From Candidatus Levyibacteriota bacterium (GTDB lineage: Bacteria > Patescibacteriota > Microgenomatia > Levybacterales > UBA12049), in NCBI GenBank assembly GCA_027459745.1, contig DAIDHL010000007.1, forward strand, positions 1 through 57,382: 57,382 bases of DNA, written 5' to 3'. A program made the position numbers and the translations under genes. Below, piece after piece: positions 9,658 to 17,330 of this stretch; position 1 is the stretch's first letter; each line of letters begins with the position of its first letter. A model generated the notes under the pieces. That model did no database searches. It was given only the letters and a program-made list of their open reading frames with translations, and was not told the origin of the DNA.

Positions 9658-10629
9658 TTAATTTAGACTTCTTAATCGTGCTTTTATCTTATAACTTACA
9701 AAAATAGCAAACATAATCAATATTACTACGTAAAGCAGTGATTTTATAGGCAATAAAAATATGAAGCGGGTATAAGTTAGTGATTTTCCTGAATGAAGGT
9801 CTCTTACATTTATGATTAGATTCTCAGGCCCCAGATCGTTTTGTGTGTCTAGAAAGTATGAGAACGTTCGTGTACCCTTGGCTAAGATGAAAGCTTGAGG
9901 AAGTTGCGCGTTTTGTATTACATTACCCAAGATATTTTTTCTTATGATGTTTATGGATATATTTTGATAGGTATTGTTAATGTTTTTAAGAACAAATTTC
10001 CCCTGAAGATTATTATTATAATTAACTAATTTTTGCTCTATACTTTGGATACTGGGATCTTGTAAATACTTTAAGGATTTCATACTTGGTGAAACTAAGA
10101 ATAAGCTTCCAATACTCAGGTTTTGACTTAAATAAGCATCAATTGATGTTTTAGTGGGAGTTTCGGATAAAGGAGATGTATTATTGGTAGAGAAGAGAAG
10201 GCAAAAATAATAATCCTGTGCGTGAAATGATTTTGATTGAGGGGGAATATTTACTCTGAGAATTTGACTAGAATGAGGTGGTAAAGAGAAGAATGAAAAT
10301 GGCTGATTATTAATCGTCACGGTTATATCATTTAGGTAAGATGAAGTAGAGATTTCTTTTCTGGAGCCTAGTATTGGCCTAGCGCTAATACCAATCGACT
10401 GCTTAAAAGGTAATATTTCGAGGCTAAAATTAACTGAGTTATCACCATTATTGCTAATAGAGAGATTGGCTGATTGAGAAGCATTAGAAAGAGACAGTGT
10501 TTGAATTAGAGGTGAGACTGACAGGCTGGTGTTAGCCTTGGCAATGTTAGGTCGAGCAATCACATAGCAGATGAGGAGCACAGATAGCCAACCAATGGTA
10601 GATAAAGATACATTTTGATAGAGTTTCAT
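9658..10629 (-). CDS. Signal-peptide protein with two beta-sandwich-like halves and a C-terminal TM anchor (DUF916/DUF3324-like architecture); paralog of the 51155..52096 product
   Basis: N-terminal signal (IGWLSVLLICYVIARPNIAKA). SLSVSPLIQTLSLSN...ANLSISNNGDNSVNFSLEILPF pattern. C-terminal anchor LLYVVILIMFAIFVSYKIKARL. Start overlaps the upstream gene by 4 nt. Confidence 0.6.
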   Translation of the reverse strand: MKLYQNVSLSTIGWLSVLLICYVIARPNIAKANTSLSVSPLIQTLSLSNASQSANLSISNNGDNSVNFSLEILPFKQSIGISARPILGSRKEISTSSYLNDITVTINNQPFSFFSLPPHSSQILRVNIPPQSKSFHAQDYYFCLLFSTNNTSPLSETPTKTSIDAYLSQNLSIGSLFLVSPSMKSLKYLQDPSIQSIEQKLVNYNNNLQGKFVLKNINNTYQNISINIIRKNILGNVIQNAQLPQAFILAKGTRTFSYFLDTQNDLGPENLIINVRDLHSGKSLTYTRFIFLLPIKSLLYVVILIMFAIFVSYKIKARLRSLN

Positions 10630-11324
10630 AGATTTGGTAAAAACAAATAGTTAACATTGGTTATATAACTTCCCCCAGCCTGGGAAGCAGAAACATTTAC
10701 CTTGTAAAGAAATTTGTAGGTTTGAACAGAGTTTATTAATCCATCGTCCAACGTGACTGCTTGAGATAAGTTGGTGGATAGGGGACGAAACATGCTGGAA
10801 TCGCTAAATGAGCTATAACAGGCAGCCAATCCTCCGCTGCAGTTGTACCCTAAGCCATACGTTAAAGTATTACTCCATTGTTCGCTATTGGTAGGGCTGC
10901 AATTGCCGTTATCACAGCTAGTGGGTGGAATAAGCTGCTTATTATTTTGATTAGTTAAGTCTGTATCAGCATAAAGATAAAAGCTTTCAGATGAATCACC
11001 TACAACATTTACTGATAGGGTGTTTTTACGTAGTTGCGCTCGGGTTGGGGCAAGGGCTGAGAAATATAAAAAAGGTAAAGATAGATTTAAATTTATCATA
11101 CCTGTAGTATATTTTTCTAGGACGCTAGATTTATAAAATATAGGACCTTGCTCTTTGGTGGGCAAAGGAACTGTGGGTGTGGGAGATGTAGGATTATTTT
11201 TGGATTTTAGCTGGATATGACCTATATCAATTTGAGCTGATTGTGCACGAGCAATTGGTACAGAAATGAGCAAAAAAAGATAAGTAAAAACTAAAATATG
11301 AATTATGTTTAGTCTCGTCTCCAT
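10626..11324 (-). CDS. Secreted beta-rich protein with Cys-rich central part and a pilin/WxL-like C-terminal strand (GGSYITNVNYLFLPNL)
   Basis: Signal peptide (ILVFTYLFLLISVPIARAQ). Start set at ATG 11324, because TAGAAT (11336..11331) lies 6 nt upstream of it. The track start at 11330 is a GTG inside that spacer. Confidence 0.6.
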   Translation of the reverse strand: METRLNIIHILVFTYLFLLISVPIARAQSAQIDIGHIQLKSKNNPTSPTPTVPLPTKEQGPIFYKSSVLEKYTTGMINLNLSLPFLYFSALAPTRAQLRKNTLSVNVVGDSSESFYLYADTDLTNQNNKQLIPPTSCDNGNCSPTNSEQWSNTLTYGLGYNCSGGLAACYSSFSDSSMFRPLSTNLSQAVTLDDGLINSVQTYKFLYKVNVSASQAGGSYITNVNYLFLPNL

Positions 11325-11420
11325 AGGCACATTCTATGGTAAGCTAAAGCCAGTGAAAATACAAACTAGTATTTATTAAATTCTAGCTTCAAGAGCCTAG
11401 ACTATGTTATAATTTTGCTT

Positions 11421-14021
11421 ATGACATTAGATAAAAAACAATTTTTTGATCCTCAAGCAATTACCGCAAAGTGGCAAGAAAGATGGAGGTTGGATAGGCT
11501 TTATCATATTGATCTGAAAACTGCCAAAAGTCCTTATTTTTGTCTTATGATGTTCCCATACCCTTCGGCTGAGGGGTTGCATATTGGCAACATTTACATG
11601 CAAACTGGCACAGATGCTTTTGCTCGCTTTAAGCAAATGCAAGGTAATGATGTTTTTGAACCAATGGGATTAGATGCTTTTGGTATTCATTCTGAGAACT
11701 ACGCGTTGAAGATTGGCAAGCATCCCATGGAGCAAGGGCGCTTAGCACAAGAGAACTTTTATCGCCAAATGGAATCTGCAGGCTTGATGGTCGATTGGTC
11801 TAAAAAGCTTGAAACAACTGATCCAAACTATTACAAATGGACTCAATGGCTGTTTATTCAAATGTTCAAACATGGTTTGGCAGTACGTAAAAAAGCCAAA
11901 GTTAATTTTTGTCCTTCCTGTAAGACCGTTTTAGCTGATGAACAAGTAATTGACGGTAAATGTGAACGTTGCAGCTCTCTTGTTGAGAAGAGAGATCTGG
12001 AGCAGTGGTTCTTTAAGATTACAGACTATGCAAAAAGATTATTAGACAATATCCCTGGATTGGACTGGGACGAGAAAATTAAAATTTCCCAAACTAATTG
12101 GATAGGTGAATCAAAGGGAGCAGAAATAGAGTTTAGAATTAAGAATGTTGAATTAAGAATTAAGGTCTTTACTACGCGGCCGGATACATTATATGGTGCA
12201 ACGTTCTTAGTTGTGGCACCGGAACATGTCTTGATTGATAAGATCCTGAAACAAGTTCAGGATGACAATGTTAGAAAAGAAGTCAATGAATATGTCAAAA
12301 GTGCTCAGAATAAATCAGAACAAGAGAGATTAGAAGTCGGCAAAGAGAAGACAGGAGTGTTTAGCGGTTGTTATGCCGTCCATCCCATGACTGGTAAGCA
12401 GATACCGATCTGGATTGCTGACTATGTGTTGGCTTCGTATGGTACAGGAGCGATCATGGCTGTACCAGCTCATGATGAAAGAGACTTTGAATTTGCTACT
12501 AAATATAATCTACCTATTAAACAGGTTATAAAAACCCCAGCAAATAGTGAGGGTAAAGCTTATGCAGGTAAAGGAGAGATTATTAATTCGGTGGAATGGA
12601 ATGGATTAGTTGTGCCACAAGATATTAATAAGATAATCTATGATATAGAAAAAAGAAATATTGGACATGCTAAGGAGAACTACCATCTGCGTGATTGGTT
12701 GATCTCCAGACAGAGATATTGGGGACCACCCATCCCAATGGTCTTTTGTGAGAAGTGTGCGAAGGAAGGGAAGAGTTGGTTTGATACAGAAGAAGCTAAA
12801 GAGTTGAGTAAAATTCAAAATTCAAAATTAAAAATTAAAAATTCTACTCCGGAGGCGCACGGCTGGTATCCCGTTGGCGATGAAGAACTGCCAGTGCTAT
12901 TACCTTTCATTGAAGACTTCAAACCATTGGGAAGCGGCATTTCTCCTTTGGCTAATCATCCGGAGTTTTATAACACTAAATGTCCTGTTTGTGGTAACCA
13001 AGCCAAGCGTGAAACCGACGTTAGTGATACATTTTTAGATAGTTCGTGGTATTTCTTACGTTATTTAGCGACTGATTGGCAATATTTACCTTTCCCAACT
13101 GAAAATCGGGAATTTAGCACTGAAGTAACCAAATTAAAATCCGAAATTGCAGCGAGGAAAAGATTTCTGCCTGTCACTATATATATTGGCGGAGCGGAAC
13201 ATGCAGTGCTGCATCTTTTATACGCACGTTTTATAACAATGGCTTTACATGATATGGGTTATTTAGATTTTGAAGAACCTTTTAGCAAGTTTTATGCCCA
13301 TGGTTTGATCATCAAAGATGGAGCGAAGATGAGCAAGAGTAAAGGGAATGTTATTTTGCCGGACCCCTTAATTAAGAAGTTTGGAATTGATACAGTAAGA
13401 TTATATCTGAGGTTTTTAGGACCATTTGAGCAAGGTGGAGATTTCCGAGATACGGGTATTGAAGGCATGCATCGTTTCGTAAAAAGGTTATATAAGCTTT
13501 TGGCAAAAGATCAAAATACCAAGCTCCAAGAGCAAAAATTAGAAGATAAAAAGAGATTAAGGATGTTACATCAGACGATTAAAGGTGTAACTGAAGACTT
13601 GGAAGCTTTGAGATTCAATACTGCGATTGCCAAATTGATGACCTATTATAATTTTCTCTCCACACAACAGGATATTTATAAAATAGAAGCTAAGGTATAT
13701 TTGCAGATGATTGCTCCGTTTGCACCACATGTGGCAGAAGAATTGTGGGAGCAAATTGGAGAACAGTATTCTATACATAAGTCGGCATGGCCAAGTTACG
13801 AAGAAAAGTATTTAGTAAGTGAGAAAGTGAATATTGCCGTTCAGATCAATGGTAAGGTCAGAGACGTATTAGCAGTCGCGTCAGAAGAGAGCCAGGATAA
13901 GCACAGAGTGATGGAAATTGTTTTGGCAAGTGAGAAAGTAAAAAGATATTTAGGCAAGACAGAAATCAGTATAAATAAAGTAATCTATGTTCCTGGCAGA
14001 GTGATTAATTTCATCGTATAG
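11421..14021 (+). CDS. leuS: Leucyl-tRNA synthetase
   Basis: Class I motifs: HIGN (YPSAEGLHIGNIY) and KMSKS (GAKMSKSKGNV). CP1/editing region and Zn-type CxxC pairs present. The track start at 11415 is TTG; ATG at 11421 lies 7 nt after TATAAT (11408-11413). Confidence 0.95.
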   Translation: MTLDKKQFFDPQAITAKWQERWRLDRLYHIDLKTAKSPYFCLMMFPYPSAEGLHIGNIYMQTGTDAFARFKQMQGNDVFEPMGLDAFGIHSENYALKIGKHPMEQGRLAQENFYRQMESAGLMVDWSKKLETTDPNYYKWTQWLFIQMFKHGLAVRKKAKVNFCPSCKTVLADEQVIDGKCERCSSLVEKRDLEQWFFKITDYAKRLLDNIPGLDWDEKIKISQTNWIGESKGAEIEFRIKNVELRIKVFTTRPDTLYGATFLVVAPEHVLIDKILKQVQDDNVRKEVNEYVKSAQNKSEQERLEVGKEKTGVFSGCYAVHPMTGKQIPIWIADYVLASYGTGAIMAVPAHDERDFEFATKYNLPIKQVIKTPANSEGKAYAGKGEIINSVEWNGLVVPQDINKIIYDIEKRNIGHAKENYHLRDWLISRQRYWGPPIPMVFCEKCAKEGKSWFDTEEAKELSKIQNSKLKIKNSTPEAHGWYPVGDEELPVLLPFIEDFKPLGSGISPLANHPEFYNTKCPVCGNQAKRETDVSDTFLDSSWYFLRYLATDWQYLPFPTENREFSTEVTKLKSEIAARKRFLPVTIYIGGAEHAVLHLLYARFITMALHDMGYLDFEEPFSKFYAHGLIIKDGAKMSKSKGNVILPDPLIKKFGIDTVRLYLRFLGPFEQGGDFRDTGIEGMHRFVKRLYKLLAKDQNTKLQEQKLEDKKRLRMLHQTIKGVTEDLEALRFNTAIAKLMTYYNFLSTQQDIYKIEAKVYLQMIAPFAPHVAEELWEQIGEQYSIHKSAWPSYEEKYLVSEKVNIAVQINGKVRDVLAVASEESQDKHRVMEIVLASEKVKRYLGKTEISINKVIYVPGRVINFIV
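12136..12163. repeat. GAATTAA-type heptamer tandem array (4 units) in frame inside leuS
   Basis: gaattaa gaatgtt gaattaa gaattaa encodes FRIKNVELRIK. The same heptamer array occurs inside argS at 17514-17548. Confidence 0.85.
12242..12266. repeat. 25-nt hairpin repeat (gatcctgaaacaagttcaggatgac) in frame inside leuS
   Basis: Stem atcctgaa/ttcaggat with loop acaag, encoding ILKQVQDD. An identical 25-mer occurs in inverse orientation in the intergenic region at 21598-21622. Confidence 0.9.
12810..12844. repeat. AAAATTC/AAAATTA heptamer tandem array (5 units) in frame inside leuS
   Basis: aaaattc aaaattc aaaatta aaaatta aaaattc encodes KIQNSKLKIKNS. Confidence 0.85.
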
Positions 14022-14121
14022 TCTGCATAAGTTAATTTTTTAACCTTTTAATCTGCGCTCGGGCAATTAATGACTGTTTCTGGCAATTTGATTTTTTAAA
14101 TAAACTACGTATACTAGAGCT

Positions 14122-14751
14122 ATGATCAATATTGATCAGCTTAAGGAATTTATAAAAACCAACTTATTTGGTTCATCATTAATTTTTTTAGGTCTGATTT
14201 TTGTATTAGGGAGTTTGTTTATTTCGGTCAAGCCCAATGAGCAAGCCTTAGTGACTAGTGATAAGATTACTCCGGCCACAGATTTTCATTTAAATATTTC
14301 TCCAACAGACTTGCCTGAAATTAAAGTAGATATCGAGGGAGCCGTAGTAAATCCAGGTGTGTATACGTTACCGGCTAGTAGTCGAGTACAAGATGCCGTA
14401 CAGGCAGCAGGTGGTTTTAGCTCACAGGCGGATGAAACTAAAATTACCAGCGGATTAAATCTGGCGGCCAAAATAAACGATGCCAGCAAAATATATATTC
14501 CTGTCTTAGGGGATGGTCAAGACGTTGTCATGGCTGGGACGAGCAGTTCGGATAGTCAGTTTTTTGGTGGAAAGGTGAATCTTAATACTGCCTCAGAATC
14601 TGAATTAGATGCATTACCGGGTATTGGTCCAGTCACTGCGCAAAAGATAATCTCAAATCGTCCTTATTCTCAAGTATCTGACTTACAAGCTAAGAAAATA
14701 GTAAAAAGCAATGTCTATACCCAGATCGAAGATAAAGTCACGACACAATGA
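14122..14751 (+). CDS. comEA: Competence protein ComEA (membrane-anchored, SLBB-like plus helix-hairpin-helix DNA-binding domain)
   Basis: N-terminal TM segment. C-terminal VNLNTASESELDALPGIGPVTAQKIISNRPY HhH motif. TATACT (14110-14115) lies 6 nt upstream of the ATG. Confidence 0.85.
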   Translation: MINIDQLKEFIKTNLFGSSLIFLGLIFVLGSLFISVKPNEQALVTSDKITPATDFHLNISPTDLPEIKVDIEGAVVNPGVYTLPASSRVQDAVQAAGGFSSQADETKITSGLNLAAKINDASKIYIPVLGDGQDVVMAGTSSSDSQFFGGKVNLNTASESELDALPGIGPVTAQKIISNRPYSQVSDLQAKKIVKSNVYTQIEDKVTTQ

Positions 14752-14769
14752 AGTAGGGCTAAATATTTT

Positions 14770-16038
14770 ATGCGTAAGTATGTTGTTTTTTGGCTAATTA
14801 TTATCTTTGTATTGGGTGGGCGTTTAGTCTTCTATTTTCTTCAGGAAGCAAGATTACAGGATGGTCAGCTAATGCAAGGAGTTGGAATAGTACAAAGTCA
14901 ACCTAAGATTAGCGGACACAAGCAAAGTTTTAGCTTAAAAATTCAGGATTATGTAATTTATATTACAACCGTGAGTAAGGAAAAGTTATGGTATGGAGAA
15001 GCAGTTAATATTGCCGGTAAAATAAGAATAAATAACACAACAAAAAACTCCTATTTGACGATTCCGCAAGCTTCAGTAAGTGTTAATGATCAGCAATCAG
15101 TCTTGTCGACTTTGACTAATAGCCTACGTAAGCATGTTTACAAAATTTATCTTGTCATTTTGCCGGCTGATTATGCAGCTCTGCTGATGGGCATTGTATT
15201 TGGTGTACAGCAGCCAATGAGTAATAACTTCCTGACTGATTTAAAGAACGCAGGAGTGATGCATGTTATTGCTGCTTCTGGTATGAATATTACTTTGATT
15301 GGGGGTATGGTTATGAGCTTATCACGTAAATATTTTCAACGCCACCTAGCCATTATTCTCAGCTTGTTGGTTATTTTTTTCTATACTGCACTGGCTGGAT
15401 TTCAATCCTCGATTGTACGAGCAGCTATTATGGGAGCACTGGCCTTTAGCGCTAACTTAACCGGTCGCCAAAAACAAAGTATTTACATATTACTGTTAAC
15501 CGCTGTAGGAATGCTGGTATTTAACCCAGGTTGGTTGGTAGATATTGGTTTTCAGTTATCTTTTGGTGCCACTGCAGGGATATTACTTATAAAACCATTA
15601 ATCGATCAGTTGACACATAAATGGTCACAGGGAGGTCTGTCTATCATAGACGATGTTAGTACCACTGTAGTTGCGCAAATCGCTACAACGCCCATTCTAT
15701 TGTCAAATTTTGGTTATTTTAACCCTTTATCTGTTGTCATAAATGCTTTTGTTTTATGGACAGTGCCGCCGTTAATGCTATTGGGTGGTGTAGGGGCTTT
15801 TGTTAGTTATATTTGGGCTGATTTAGCGGAGGTTTTTATTTATTTGAGTTATCCCATTCTGTGGTACTTTGTTAGCATTATTAGTATTTCGACTAATTTT
15901 GATACTGTATTTGTAGTGCAAAATATTACTGGTGTTTTTAACTTGGGCTACTATTTATTATTGGGAGGTATACTATTAATAGTTACTAAGAAGAGAAGTC
16001 AACCCAAAGCCTATTCAAAACTTAAGCATTTGCACTAG
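14770..16038 (+). CDS. comEC: ComEC/Rec2-family DNA uptake channel, short form (no metallo-beta-lactamase domain)
   Basis: Polytopic protein with the competence-domain pattern (GVMHVIAASGMNITLIGG, SIVRAAIMG). Only 422 aa. Confidence 0.8.
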   Translation: MRKYVVFWLIIIFVLGGRLVFYFLQEARLQDGQLMQGVGIVQSQPKISGHKQSFSLKIQDYVIYITTVSKEKLWYGEAVNIAGKIRINNTTKNSYLTIPQASVSVNDQQSVLSTLTNSLRKHVYKIYLVILPADYAALLMGIVFGVQQPMSNNFLTDLKNAGVMHVIAASGMNITLIGGMVMSLSRKYFQRHLAIILSLLVIFFYTALAGFQSSIVRAAIMGALAFSANLTGRQKQSIYILLLTAVGMLVFNPGWLVDIGFQLSFGATAGILLIKPLIDQLTHKWSQGGLSIIDDVSTTVVAQIATTPILLSNFGYFNPLSVVINAFVLWTVPPLMLLGGVGAFVSYIWADLAEVFIYLSYPILWYFVSIISISTNFDTVFVVQNITGVFNLGYYLLLGGILLIVTKKRSQPKAYSKLKHLH

Positions 16039-16811
16039 CCGTTGGTATTAGAAAAGGGGAGAGAGAAACTAAAAGTTGTGCCTTTGCCTATTTCTGAACT
16101 GACATTGACGTTACCTTTATGTGCTTCAATGATGCTCTTGACAAAGTACAAACCCAAGCCACTGCTATTGGCTGTTTTTGGTCCGACTTGAGAGAATTTT
16201 TTGAAAAGCAGAGAAATCTGTTCTTGATCAAGTCCTTCGCCTGAATCTGTCACATTGATAGTAACAAAATGATTATCTAACTGGACCGTTACATCAATCA
16301 TGCCTTTCTCGGGAGTAAACTTGAGAGCGTTGTATAGCAAGTTGTCTAAAGCATGAGAGATATAGTCTTTGTCAAAGCGAAAAGAAGGAAGTGGTTCTTT
16401 GATATCGCTATGCATCTCTATGTGTCTTTCATGAGCCAAAGGTTGTAATAAGTTAATCCTTTCTTCAACCAGACTTTTGATATCATTAGGCTTCTTTTGT
16501 AAATTGAAGATACCAGATTGCAAACGTGAGGTATCTAACAATAAACTAACATATTCTAGCAGCTGCAGTGATTGGCTATTTATCAGCTTAAGCAAATCGG
16601 TTTTTTTCTGAGGATCAATTTGTCCTGTATCCGAGATTAGGAGACTGGCAGCGGCTTTGATAGAAGAAAGCGGACTGCGCAGTTCATGAATCATAAACAG
16701 ATTTAAGTCTTGCTTTTCTTGTTGTTTATGCTTCTCTTTGTCTAAAAGAAAAGAAAAAATAATGGCCAAAAAACCAAAAATGAGAGTAGTTATGGTGAGC
16801 AGTTGTACCAT
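16035..16811 (-). CDS. Sensor histidine kinase (single TM, DHp + HATPase_c, no obvious sensor domain)
   Basis: H-box FMIHELRSPLSSI. N-box LDNLLYNALKFT. G-boxes DSGEGL and GLGLYFVKSIIEAHKG. Confidence 0.9.
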   Translation of the reverse strand: MVQLLTITTLIFGFLAIIFSFLLDKEKHKQQEKQDLNLFMIHELRSPLSSIKAAASLLISDTGQIDPQKKTDLLKLINSQSLQLLEYVSLLLDTSRLQSGIFNLQKKPNDIKSLVEERINLLQPLAHERHIEMHSDIKEPLPSFRFDKDYISHALDNLLYNALKFTPEKGMIDVTVQLDNHFVTINVTDSGEGLDQEQISLLFKKFSQVGPKTANSSGLGLYFVKSIIEAHKGNVNVSSEIGKGTTFSFSLPFSNTNG

Positions 16812-16831
16812 AATATATTTAAGTTGTTATA

Positions 16832-17221
16832 TTAAGATTGAGCCTGTTCAGCTTTTGATTCCTGGGTGAGGCTTTTTATTTTGGCTAAAAGGTCTTTGGG
16901 TTCAATTTGATATTTGAGCAAATAATCAACAGCGCCTTGGTTAATGGCTTGCTGCATGAGTTCGGGTTTATAAAAATTGGAGAAGAGTACAACGGGGATA
17001 TTTTTCGTTTCTTCGTTTTGCTTCAATGTGGCTAATACTTCATTGCCTTGAATATCTGGCAACACTTGATCGAGTAAAATAAAATCTGGTTTTTCTGTTT
17101 GAGCCAAGTTGAGACCGGATCTCCCGTCAGAGGCCGTGATAACCTGATAGTTTTCTGAAGTAAGTGCGGTAGAGATAACAGTTATCAATGCAGGGTCGTC
17201 ATCAATCATCAATATTTTCAT
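16832..17221 (-). CDS. Single-domain response regulator (CheY-like receiver only)
   Basis: MKILMIDDD...DFILLDQVLPD...K receiver pattern. Start set at ATG 17221, because the track's TTG start (17260) is part of a TTGCAT -35 box. Confidence 0.85.
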   Translation of the reverse strand: MKILMIDDDPALITVISTALTSENYQVITASDGRSGLNLAQTEKPDFILLDQVLPDIQGNEVLATLKQNEETKNIPVVLFSNFYKPELMQQAINQGAVDYLLKYQIEPKDLLAKIKSLTQESKAEQAQS

Positions 17222-17231
17222 AGCTAGTTCC

Positions 17232-17260
17232 AACTTAGCAAGAATACTCAGCAAATGCAA
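17232..17260 (-). promoter_or_regulatory. Sigma70-like promoter of the response regulator/kinase operon
   Basis: Minus strand reads TTGCAT (17260..17255), 17 nt spacer, TAAGTT (17237..17232), then 10 nt to the ATG at 17221. Confidence 0.5.
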
Positions 17261-17330
17261 GGACGAAATCAGTATTAAGGGAATTGCAATAATACTTTAT
17301 ACATTATATTTATGAGTGTATAATTGAGCT

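Noticed and set aside
17222-17260. TTG/GTG-extended N-termini in the ORF track (17260, 25585, 52123, 37960, 11415, 11330)
   Set aside because: The extensions add non-conserved residues. In two cases they coincide with -35 boxes of good promoters. Downstream ATG (or SD-preceded GTG) starts fit the conserved domain starts and signal peptides better.
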